Shown here: positions 1 to 9,637 of the stretch, piece by piece
Layout of the letters: every line of letters begins with the position of its first letter
How positions within the stretch are numbered: position 1 is the first letter of the stretch
Assembly (NCBI GenBank): GCA_964019335.1
Contig: OZ025685.1
Location: 1-64,000 of the forward strand
From: Diplonema japonicum
Lineage: Eukaryota; Protista; Euglenozoa: Diplonemea
Reading direction: 5' to 3'
DNA: 64,000 nucleotides
Made by a program: the position numbers and the translations under genes
The notes under the pieces: generated by a model
Seen by the model: the letters and a program-made list of their open reading frames with translations, nothing else
Database searches by the model: none
Told to the model about the DNA's origin: nothing

Positions 1-215
1 TTGCGGGTTTTGCGGGTTTTGCGGGTTTTGCGGGTTTTGCGGGTTTTGCGGGTTTTGCGGGTTTTGCGGGTTTTGCGGGTTTGCGGGTTTGCGGGTTTGC
101 GGGTTTGCGGGTTTGCGGGTTTGCGGGTTTGCGGGTTTGCGGGTTTGCGGGTTTGCGGGTTTGCGGGTTTGCGGGTTTGCGGGTTTGCGGGTTTGCGGGT
201 TTGCGGGTTTGCGGG
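1..215 (+). repeat. G-rich tandem satellite: (TTTTGCGGG)x~8.8 then (TTTGCGGG)x17
   Basis: Direct reading: 9-mer unit to position 79, 8-mer unit 80-215; the array runs off the left edge. Confidence 0.95.
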
Positions 216-255
216 TTCCCCCTAGTTTCGCACGGGTGGGTCCATTGTTATTTGC

Positions 256-287
<32 letters not shown>

Positions 288-290
<3 letters not shown>

Positions 291-315
291 ACATTTAAGG
301 GTACCTGCGGTATGT
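288..315 (-). mobile_element. 28-bp 3'-terminal stub of a T-tract-targeting retroposon
   Basis: GAGACATTTAAGGGTACCTGCGGTATGT is identical to 12029-12056 (3' end of a LINE fragment); flanked by A31 and A18 on the plus strand. Confidence 0.75.
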
Positions 316-962
316 AAAAAAAAAAAAAAAAATAAAACCATGAATTCTTTCTTCTTGTTTTTTTTTTTTTTTTTTTTTTTCTCGCACTTTGAAAAAAACC
401 TGTGTTTCGTGCGCAATTTCTTCTTTTTTTCACCCCCTTCTTTTTTAACTCTACAGAAAAAAGAAGAGAGGGGGAAAGAAAAAGAAAAAAGGGTCAGCTT
501 GTAACGCAGATAATTGCACAACCATTCCTTAGATAACTTAAATAACAAAGTGTTTCTATTTTGTCGTAAAAGTATCTTGAACCCATGCAACAAGCAACCT
601 TTTGGGAGAGAGAATAGAAAAGCTTATAGGGGAAAATAATCTTCTCTTTTTACTTTTTCTTAAAAATAAAAAGAAGAAGAAGAGAGAGGAACAAAAATCT
701 TAACCTTCGTCTTTTTTTTTTTTTTGACGAGGAGGGCTTTTCTTCTTCTTCTTCTTTTCCCCTACTTCTTTTTCATCGGTAAAAAAAAAAAAAAAGCTTC
801 ATAGGCTGATCTTTTTTTTTTAAAACCAAGTTTCAATAAAGAAGGGGAGGCAGGAAAGGAAGAAGAAGACGAAGAAGAAGAAGGGAGAAAAGAAAGGTGA
901 AAATACGAGTGAGAAAGAAGAAAAATTCACAATGATTGGAAACCAAGTGATTTGTTTGTTTC

Positions 963-2241
963 TTTTTTTTTTTTTTTTTTTTTTTTTTTGCTTGTTCTGT
1001 TTTTTTGTTCATCAAATTAACCCCCAAGGGTGCGCAAAACAAAAGCTGTTGTGTTTGTTTTGGCTCATCACTCGTATGACTCGCACTTGGAAAGGGGACA
1101 GGGACCGCCACACCCAGCCCTCGTCGGTTTCTGGCACCACGGGTCCGCCAGCCCGCCAACCTTGCTGAAGATCACGAAGGAGGTGGCCTCCTCGGTGGTC
1201 GTAGGAAGGAGCAGCGAGCCCCCTGCCTCCACCTGACCCTTACCTTGTACGACACCATTTTTTGCCCCGTCAACCCCCACTTGGGAGCGCAGGAGGCCGA
1301 CTCGAACCCAGACACGGGGAGCAGGGCGGGGAAGCCACCGTTCACCTTCCCCGAGCACGGAGGGCAGTGGTAGTGCGACAGGATGAACTCGCACGCCTCC
1401 GTCCCGCAGCAGCTGAGCTTCATGGGGGTCCCCTTCGCCACGGGTCCAACAGGGGTGTGCACCTGCATGTCCCTCATGTTCTCGGGGATCATCGTCAGCA
1501 CCGCCTCGCTGTTGCTGAAGGACTCCATCCCGTTCACATCGATTGCAGGGACGGCGGTCCCACCCACGATCACCTCCGTCTCAGGGGGTGGTGCAGCTCA
1601 CATCGCTCACTTCCTCGTCCGCAAGGATCTTGTCGACGGGGCTGCACCCACCGGCGGGCCTCGACACCAACACACGCACCTTGCGGGGAGCAGTCCCGCC
1701 ACAGGTCGCCGACACGAGACCGCAGAAGTCGTGCTCCGCACAGGCAAGGCTCCCAGCAGCCTTCGTCACAACGGTGTCGGGGGTCGCGTCGCCCCACTTG
1801 AAGGTGAAGGTCAGCATCTCACCCTGGTTGTCCGATTCCACGAGGGTGCAGAAGGTCTCCTTCCCTGCTGTCTGGGGGTAGGGGGCGACACCGGTGTCCA
1901 CAGAGGTCACTACAGGGTGCAGGTACACAGCTCAGCGGGGTCATGTTCTGTGCCGTGGACCCGTCGCCGAAGTGGAAGGACCAGATGTTGATCCCCTGGA
2001 TGAAGGTGGTCTCCATCTTCAGCTTCCAGTTCAGGTTCGTGGAAAGCCCTTCGATGGCACCGCCGTCGGTGTTCCTGCCGAAGCTCCAATGGCCGGCGAT
2101 GCTGTACGGTGCGCTGGGCCCCTTCTGGTGGTTGATCCTGCCGAGAGTGGTGTGGGTGGTCCAGTCCCCGAGAGGCGGCAGGCACCAGCAGAACACGAAC
2201 GACCAATAAAGTACAGAAACTGTAGCTTTAGAATCGTTGGT
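963..2241 (-). pseudogene. Processed (retro)pseudogene of a trans-spliced mRNA for a Cys-rich, probably extracellular protein
   Basis: Starts with the SL (2241-2204). Continues as GC3-rich, intronless coding sequence broken into ORFs 1819-2250, 1581-1928, 1172-1573 and 1068-1394 by frameshifts/stops, then a short 3'UTR and A27 (plus-strand T run 963-989). Confidence 0.8.
2204..2241 (-). other. Spliced-leader (mini-exon) sequence, diplonemid type
   Basis: Minus strand reads ACCAACGATTCTAAAGCTACAGTTTCTGTACTTTATTG. It has the euglenozoan 3' core CAGTTTCTGTACTTTATTG and a diplonemid-like ACCAACGATT 5' half. Confidence 0.92.
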
Positions 2242-2339
2242 CTCCACCAAAGCATATAAAAGTTAAAGGAGGCCAGTGTTGTTTTAAAAAACACACATCT
2301 TGATCAAATAAATGAATACGTGTAGGACCTTTGGAATTT

Positions 2340-2745
2340 GCTACACTCAACCCCCTGGGAACCACTCAGAGAAAGGGACTGTGGCCCTTGAGCAGAACCC
2401 AAGGCCCTCATAACGAAAACCTTCTTCTCGTCACCTACGTTGTGTGCTAGCCACAGTTTCGAAAGGTCGTAAGTCTTTTTTTTTGGTGGGTTGGGAGATG
2501 GACAGTACCCTTGCTCGACTCCCTGTGGGCCGGGTGGCAAAACAGGTGTGGGTGAGGTCCGATACCGTCACTACCACGCCCCCGTTTGTTGCGTCATTCT
2601 TAGTGAGACAGCGGCGCAAATCCACACGTTGCCATTGTCAACAGGGCGGCACGGCTGTTTTTTCTGACGCTCCGCCTGGCTCTGCGTTCGTCAAACCCAA
2701 ACAAGGCCACCGTCGTCCCCACAAATTCCTCAATTGTGGCGAAAG
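2340..2745 (+). repeat. Dispersed degenerate repeat (second copy ~43710-43970), possibly a decayed LINE RNase H region
   Basis: Shared blocks such as GACTGTGGCCCT(T)TGAGCAGAACCCAAGGCCC and TTTTTCTGACGCTC.GC.TGGCTCTGCGTTCGTCAAACCCAAACA. Confidence 0.7.
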
Positions 2746-3159
2746 CAGTAGCACACATATGAGACATGCGTGCTTTCTGAAAATATCCAGTGACCTCTTC
2801 TCGATGGCATCAATGACATCCAACTCCTGCGCTAGAGTTGACTATTCCTTGAGGTACAGCCTTGGCAATCTTTTTACACAAGTTTCCCATCGATAAGTGC
2901 CCTTCTCCGGGTGCATACTTGTCGCAACCTCCTTCTCAACAGCTGTTGTCGATGGAACACATTTTACATGTTTTAAAGTACTTCTTTCGTTAAAAACCAC
3001 TTTGAAAACGTTCGGATCAAAGCAAAAAACAAAGTAAGGAATAATAAGTCTAACTAAAAGGAAAGAATGAGCAAGACATGGAACAAGACAAGCGGTACGA
3101 GACGCGAAGAGGGATAGTGTCACTCCATCACTGGTGCTGGTGCTGCTGGACTGGACTGC

Positions 3160-4196
3160 CTAAGGGGGATACAGATCTGTGATTAAGTATTCGTATTTGG
3201 TAAGAAGCCATACCGCGCCGATAGCACAGGCTACGCCGATGCACGCAAAGAAGACAACCACTTGCGAAGCAATGATCTCAGTCCATGTGCCTGGTGGAGG
3301 CGAGGTGATGGTGATGAGGAGGATAGCCGCGAGAGAAATACCCGCCGTGAAGAAGACCTCCCAGACTAAGTCTTGCGATTGGCTCACTAGCCACGGCGAC
3401 AGTGGTATGAGCACACCGAAAATTGTAGGAAGCAAAATAGAAGTAGCTGTGTAGGAAAGTTGTTGCAAAGGACTTCTCTTCGTTGGCCTGTTTGTTTCTA
3501 TTGCGCTTAGAATCTTCTCTTGCATGAGCTGAGGATTCGTCGCCCTGCTGACATCCTTCAGCAAGCATGCCACAGTGGCACGCGACATGCCTGCGTCTTG
3601 CAGCTTCGAGTCGAAGTCTTCTTGTTCAATGAGCTCCTCTTGATCTTTACACACCAGTGTAAACTCATAATACACAACAATAAGCACTGTAGCCATCCCT
3701 GTTATGGCCCCTATGTCCGTAATAAGGTCGTCATCATCACTCCCGATGGCAAGCGCCATCAGAACACTGCACACGGGGTAGATGGCCTCCTTCACACGGT
3801 TCAGCTTTTCTCGATGCACATCTAGGCCGCTGAAACAACCATCAGGCTCGGGTGGTCCCTGCAAATAAATAAATTATTGTGTGTTTGAAAAATTGTCAAC
3901 GTACCCAACTAGGTGCTGCGATAGTAGAATTCCGTAAAGGGTTGGTTGGTTCCTTGAGAAAAAGATATTGCGCAGCAAGAAAGGCATACCGGCACAGCGG
4001 TTGCATTGTAGCTGTCTGTCTTCGCTCCCTCTGTATTTGTGGATTTTCGGTTTAGCTCGCCGAGCAGCTGCTGCGACGACCGAGGCTTAGGAGGTGAGGG
4101 GGAGGGGGGGGGCGAAGGCGAAGATGAGGGGGAAGGCGATGAGGGTGACCGGGTTGGTGTCACGACAGACACAACCTGCGATGATTCTGATGGCAT
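3160..4196 (-). CDS. Multi-pass membrane protein, VIT1/CCC1-like; 3 exons
   Basis: GT-AG introns 3953-3989 (37 nt) and 3859-3904 (46 nt) join ORF 3909-4196 to ORF 3160-3864 in frame. Pro/Ser-rich N-terminus and ~5 hydrophobic helices with a GVLIPLSPW motif. Family call is tentative. Confidence 0.6.
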
Positions 4197-4262
4197 GTTC
4201 TGCTCCTGAAGAAGTGTAGCTCAACACAATTAAACAAATTGTTCGATTTTAAAATTTCTTTT

Positions 4263-6107
4263 CTACAGTATTACTTGCTTCAGTATCTTCAGTTTCTCGC
4301 TCTGCTCGGCAGCAGGCTTGTACAAGTGCGACCCGCCATACGGCACTTGTGTGTAAGTTTTTGCCAGAGTGTTCCAGTGCTCGGTTGCTGTCGTGGTTGG
4401 CAATTGCAGTGCAGAGTGCTCCAGAGGGGGAGGTGGCACTAGGTAACTGAGCCCTTCTTTCAGCCACTTCTTTACAAGTTGTTTGTCCACAGCATATTGC
4501 TTGGCACCATGCTGTGCTTGGAGCGCTGCCAGAGACGCAACAATGCGGGAAATGTCTTTCTCGATGCTACCTAGCTTTCGCACAGCATCCCTCACGTCGC
4601 TCTTTGCCTCGTCCACAGCAGTAGCAGTCCTGGAAAGGTGCTTCCGTGCAGCAGTGAGGTCCTTCGTAACTCGCCCTGTGGCCATATTCTTGCTCTCGAT
4701 CGCTGCCGCTACTTCGCGAATCTTGTCCACACCACCTACATACTGCGTGGTGCTTGCGATAATCTGTTCAGCATTCGCTTCAAAGGCCTTTCTGTATCTA
4801 TTGTTGACTTCGGTGCGCACTTCACCTCTTTCAGTGTAATGCAGCAGTGATGCCAGCACTATGTCAAGGAACGCTTTATGTGTATCCTCTGTAGCTTCCA
4901 CGCAATTCTGCTGTGCTTCCGCTATCTGCGAGATGATGCTTGTCATGGCCTCTTTGTATGACTTCAGGGACTCGCTGTGGTGGTCCTGCGCACGCTGCAT
5001 AACTTCTTTCGCGGCAGTGAGCTCAGGGGCCTCTGCAAGCACCATCTTAGCTGTGCGCGAACGTATGTTCTCCAGCTGCTGCTCGAGGTACGTGTTTTCT
5101 TTTTCCCAAGTGGCTATCTCATCCTCTACCTGCCCTTTGGTGCATGCGAGCCTCTCATCTTGTTCCATGGAGTCTTGTACCTTCGATTCCAACAACTTAG
5201 CCCTTCTTCCCGATGCCTCAATCTTGCCCATCATTTCTTTCACTCTTACTTGCTTGGCTCGGAGCTCCTTTTCCAGCTCCTGGACTTCTTGTCTCCCGCT
5301 CTCGAACTCAGTTCTTTTCTGCAGCAATCCATCTTGAAGGGCTGCAGTCGCCGCCCTTAGCTCTACCTCCACCTCTTCTAGTTTAGTCTTCTCCACATTG
5401 ATCTCGTGCTCTGCTTGGTCCACCAGCTGCTGCTTGTGTGCCGTGTCAATATCCTTTCTTTGCGCTTCTCGAGTGAACTCTTGCTGCTTCTCCGCTTCGC
5501 ATACTTGGACGTATTTCAAGTTGCACAAGGCAGCATCACCACGCACGCGGTCAGCCTCGGCTTGAAGGATGCTTTTGTTCTTTTTGTATCGTGTTCTGGA
5601 GTCCTCCTCTTCCATCTCTCTGTCGAGGTTTCGGATCACATTTTCCTGACTCGTCTTCCAATCTTGCAGCTGTGCAATCGCATCATGCAGTCCGTCAGTT
5701 TGTGGGGGTTGGCGCTCTGTTTCTACATTAACGGCAGGCATGGACAATCCTCTTTGAGGCGAAACTACCTTACACTCACTGCTCGAAATATTTTCACCTT
5801 TGAAGGACCTGTCACAACTCAACTCTTTAAAAGTGAAAACCTCACCCGACGCTGCGTGCGTGGTTTCCTGAGCAGGTGGCTTCAATGCTGGCGGGTCTCG
5901 ATCTCTTCTTGGTGACACAAGCACACCTTCTGTGCCACAACTTCTTTTTGGTGATATCAACACGCTGTTGTCGTGGTATTTAACAGTGCTGGGGTCCCTC
6001 CTCGGCGAGATATCTCTGGGTGACGGGTGCCTTGTGTCCACAGGGCTCAGTTTGTCTTCGACTTTCAGCAGCACTCTCTCCCACCCAAACCCCACACCCT
6101 CGTCCAT
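4263..6107 (-). CDS. Coiled-coil protein of unknown function (614 aa)
   Basis: Long ORF with SP-R motifs at the N-terminus and E/K/Q/A heptad-rich body. Confidence 0.75.
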   Translation of the reverse strand: MDEGVGFGWERVLLKVEDKLSPVDTRHPSPRDISPRRDPSTVKYHDNSVLISPKRSCGTEGVLVSPRRDRDPPALKPPAQETTHAASGEVFTFKELSCDRSFKGENISSSECKVVSPQRGLSMPAVNVETERQPPQTDGLHDAIAQLQDWKTSQENVIRNLDREMEEEDSRTRYKKNKSILQAEADRVRGDAALCNLKYVQVCEAEKQQEFTREAQRKDIDTAHKQQLVDQAEHEINVEKTKLEEVEVELRAATAALQDGLLQKRTEFESGRQEVQELEKELRAKQVRVKEMMGKIEASGRRAKLLESKVQDSMEQDERLACTKGQVEDEIATWEKENTYLEQQLENIRSRTAKMVLAEAPELTAAKEVMQRAQDHHSESLKSYKEAMTSIISQIAEAQQNCVEATEDTHKAFLDIVLASLLHYTERGEVRTEVNNRYRKAFEANAEQIIASTTQYVGGVDKIREVAAAIESKNMATGRVTKDLTAARKHLSRTATAVDEAKSDVRDAVRKLGSIEKDISRIVASLAALQAQHGAKQYAVDKQLVKKWLKEGLSYLVPPPPLEHSALQLPTTTATEHWNTLAKTYTQVPYGGSHLYKPAAEQSEKLKILKQVIL

Positions 6108-6266
6108 CGTGTTATGTCTACTGTAATGAGGGTAACAAGACGATACAGTTAAAATAAGAAAATAAACTTAAGAAGCGTTAGGAAGGCGCAACCGGCTTGG
6201 GCCTGCCTGGCTGCTGCCGTTAAGGGTAAGGGTTTAGTGTGTAAACTGGGGTTGTGTAAGAGCACT

Positions 6267-6670
6267 GGGGGGGGGGGGGGGGGGGGGTCCTTAAAAAGGG
6301 CCACTTTTTGCCATTTTCCAGTTTTTTTCCCTAAGGGTATTTTGGGCTCTTAAAAAACTCTTACCACCCTAAAAGTGTCCACAAATCACCCAAATCCCCG
6401 TTTCCCCATGGTTTTCGGAATCATAATCCAGTGTAACCCTCTATAACGACTATAAAAGAATTACAGGACTACACTGGATTTGGTATCAAACGGGGACCCC
6501 AAAATTAGAACATGATCCTGGGCATTTCTAGGGCCGAAAACCATAGGGAAACGGGGGGCACTTTTGGGGTGGTCAGAGTCTTTTTAAGGGCCCAAAATGT
6601 CCTTAGGGAAAAAACTGAAAAATGGCAAAAAAAAAAACGACCTCCTTATGACCCCCCCCCCCCCCCCCCC
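6267..6670. mobile_element. Foldback/MITE with long imperfect TIRs, ending in G21 and C19 runs
   Basis: Left TTTTTGCCATTTTCCAGTTTTTTTCCCTAAGGGTATTTTGGGCTCTTAAAAAACTCTTACCACCCTAAAAGTG matches the reverse complement of 6558-6635; CCCCGTTTCCCCATGGTTTTCGG is also mirrored. Confidence 0.8.
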
Positions 6671-6671
6671 T

Positions 6672-6860
6672 AGGGCTATGTTGGCAAGAAACGGGGAAAC
6701 GTTTCCGGTTCCTTATTTTTCAGATGCAAAAGAAACGTTTCCTTCTCAGAGGGACAGAGGGAAACGTGTTCCCTTCTTAAGGAAACGGCACCAAGATAAG
6801 AAACGTTTCCGTATTTTCAGAAAAAAGCTTGGAAACGTGTTTCCTTGCCAACATAGCCCT
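6672..6860. mobile_element. MITE with AGGGCTATGTTGGCAAG TIRs (hAT-like ends)
   Basis: 17-bp perfect TIR; repeated internal GAAACGT(T/G)T motifs. Confidence 0.8.
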
Positions 6861-6942
6861 CGGGGGGGGGGGGGTTAAAATTAAACCACAAAATGGCACA
6901 TCCTGAGAGGTGGGGTTCTTCATTGTGCATCGCTCGTCAGCT

Positions 6943-8361
6943 TCAGCAGCCGTTTTCCTTGCAGTACTGCACGTAGGAGGAGGAGTGTGGCTCGTTCTTC
7001 CATGCTGTTTGCTTTTTTACCTTATCTGCTGTGTCTTGCTGTGCTTGGTATGCATCCATGACGCAGGCGTGGCCCTGGAGCCTCTGTGCCTGCACCTTGA
7101 TATACCCCTCGATGTCGCGGGGGGTCACGGTCGAGGTGCTGGGTGGCGAGAACGGTGTACTGCGCGATACAGGAACGGCAGTACCTTTGTAAAGTCTCAC
7201 AGTAACACTACCTGTGATGCCCTCCTGCGACTTGGCCATGGCTGCTTGAATGAAGTCCATCTCAGGCGAGAACCAGAAGCCGTTGTACACCAGTTCAGAG
7301 AACTTCGGTGTGAAGACATCCCTCAGCCTCATCACCTCTCTGTCCATACACGCATTTTCCAAGTCCGCGTGTGCCGCAAGCAGAATTTCTCCAGCAGGGC
7401 ACTCAAGCACCCTTCTGCACTTCACGCCAATGAACTTGTTATCGACAATATCCTTCCTGCCTATGCCATGTTCCCTCCCCATCTGGGCCAGTACCTCGAA
7501 TATATTGATGAGGTCTGTCCTCTCTTCGCGTCCGACTACCAATGCCGTGGGGCGCCCGTTGACGAACTTTAATGTCACGTTCTGCGCAGGCTTCGATACC
7601 TGCATGGGGTCGCTCGTTGACAGCCACGCTGACGGCGGCGCAGGGGACTTAGGGTCGTCCAGCACACCCCCCCAAGTGCAGCAAGAGTAGATATTGCTGT
7701 CCTCAGAGTGATTTGAGAGGGAAGGGTTCAGCGACTCCACGCCGTTCGCGAGGCACCACTCGATCATGGAGTCACGTGACCTTGCGATCTGCCTGAAGGC
7801 TGGATTCCTAAAGGGCGTAATAACCTTGACCTGCGGGTACAAGGCAGAGTACGTGAGCTCGAACCTGCACTGGTCGTTGCCAAGACCGGAGCAACCGTGC
7901 GAGACGTACGTGTAGCCTTCCCTTTCCGCGATCTGTACCTGCTTGCGGGCGAAGACGAATCTTGATAGGGCGGTGCCTAGAAGATCTCTTCCCTCATACG
8001 CAGAATTAGCACATAGGGAGGGTATCACAAAGTCCGTGAGGAACTCCTTCTTCATGTCTTCGATGAACACCTTCGCCGCCCCAAGAGAGCTAGCTGCCTC
8101 TACCACCTTATCGACACCACCCTTCTGCCCGATGTCCGACACCAAGATGGCCACATCGTACCCCTCGCTGAGGAGCCACTTCACCAGAAAGACACCTACC
8201 AGACCCCCAGAAAAGCTGACTAAAACCGACTGCCCTTCCTGCTCACCTCTACGACCTATTTTGGTCAGACCTCTTCTCCCCTCTTTTGGGCTGCAGGACC
8301 TCTCACTTCTCTCAGGAGAGGCAGTGGGGGACACCATGTTGTCTTGCAAATTGTACTGCAT
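6943..8361 (-). CDS. ASS1: Argininosuccinate synthase homolog with degenerate active-site motifs
   Basis: SGGL, LLGTALSR, HGCSGLGNDQCRFE, HGIGRKDIVDNKFIGVKCR and ELVYNGFWFSPE motifs are collinear with ArgG/ASS. Confidence 0.9.
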   Translation of the reverse strand: MQYNLQDNMVSPTASPERSERSCSPKEGRRGLTKIGRRGEQEGQSVLVSFSGGLVGVFLVKWLLSEGYDVAILVSDIGQKGGVDKVVEAASSLGAAKVFIEDMKKEFLTDFVIPSLCANSAYEGRDLLGTALSRFVFARKQVQIAEREGYTYVSHGCSGLGNDQCRFELTYSALYPQVKVITPFRNPAFRQIARSRDSMIEWCLANGVESLNPSLSNHSEDSNIYSCCTWGGVLDDPKSPAPPSAWLSTSDPMQVSKPAQNVTLKFVNGRPTALVVGREERTDLINIFEVLAQMGREHGIGRKDIVDNKFIGVKCRRVLECPAGEILLAAHADLENACMDREVMRLRDVFTPKFSELVYNGFWFSPEMDFIQAAMAKSQEGITGSVTVRLYKGTAVPVSRSTPFSPPSTSTVTPRDIEGYIKVQAQRLQGHACVMDAYQAQQDTADKVKKQTAWKNEPHSSSYVQYCKENGC

Positions 8362-9637
8362 ATTGCTCTGTGATGATGTGTTGAATACAAAAAATCACGA
8401 ACAGTAGAAAAGAAGCATAGAAGCATAGACAATACAAGCATCGGGAGTCAAACAAGCGCGCAGGAGTTGGCAAAGACATTCAAAAGAGCGAACGTGCAGC
8501 CAACTTCTCCTTAAGCACTAAAAGGGGAAGTAGAGTTCAAGCCCACTAAAAGATTTTTGCGCCTGTTATTTTTTTCTTTTCTTTTCTTTTTCTATTTTCT
8601 TTCTTCCCTTCTTTCTTTTTTCTTACCATATTTAAAATGGGAAGGTTACATAACTTCCTCAGGGTGGTTTTTTTTTTTTTTTTTTTTTTCTTATTTTTTT
8701 TCCTTCCAAATTTCTTCACAAAATTTAACTTGATATACAACTTTGATACTTGAAGTACTTCAACGCCCCTTTTTTTTTTGGTTTTTTTTTTTTTCTTTTT
8801 TTTTTTTTAAATGTGGTTTTTTTGTTTCACTAAACCCAGGAGGACAGACAGAGAGCGCTAAGCTCATTCAAGCCATAGGACACTAGATATATACATGAGA
8901 AGAAACCAAGTAAGCTGCACCACTTAGAGCAAAAGGCTTCAAAGGGAGCAGTCGAGTGGGGTCACTAAACTGATCATACGGAAATCGTGCCAAAAAGCAG
9001 AATGGAGTAAGAATATGAATAGTGAGAGCGCAACTAAATGGACAAAAAGAAGGAGAATAAGGGGAGCATGTGTGATTTTTTTTTTTTTGAAAAAAAAAAA
9101 ACAGCCTTAACAAAGATATACCGCTTCATATCTCTAAAGCGTAAAGCATACGAAGGCCGGTGGCTGAGAAAAAAAAAGAACCCCGATAAGAGATGGCAAC
9201 CCAGAAGGCGTGGGTGTTACACAAATATTATTTCTCTTTAGATGTGTTCCTTATTTATTTTCTTTTTGAATCAAGCCACCCGAGTACGTTACCGTCGTTG
9301 TTCTGCAAAAGGGAGATATGAAGAGTATAAAAAAAAAAAAAAAAAAGATCAATACTACAAAGTAACAATGCAACGAATAAAAAGGTGGGGATGAAACAGG
9401 TTATACAAAAAAAAAAAAATAAAGGGAGACCCTGCCCTCTCCGAATGCTCACGTACCTGCCGCTGAAGGCTGAAGACTGTACCCCCTAGGCCGTTACAAG
9501 GAACGACGAGCAACAAGTGCCAACTTGTAATCTGACCTCTGTTGCGCGTTGTCATCGCACAGATTAAGTGGGATTGTAGGCTCTAGGTTCAGGTTCAATA
9601 AAAAGATTATCTACAAAGGAAAGAGAGTGTGCTCCTG

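Noticed and set aside
1-215. True chromosome-end telomere
   Set aside because: A left telomere should be C-rich on the plus strand; this is G-rich pointing inward and is not the TTAGGG typical of euglenozoans.
2150-2241. Functional SL RNA gene
   Set aside because: The SL is followed by GTCGTT and codon-biased sequence, not a GTATG-type SL intron with an Sm site and T-tract; it is single copy rather than a tandem array.
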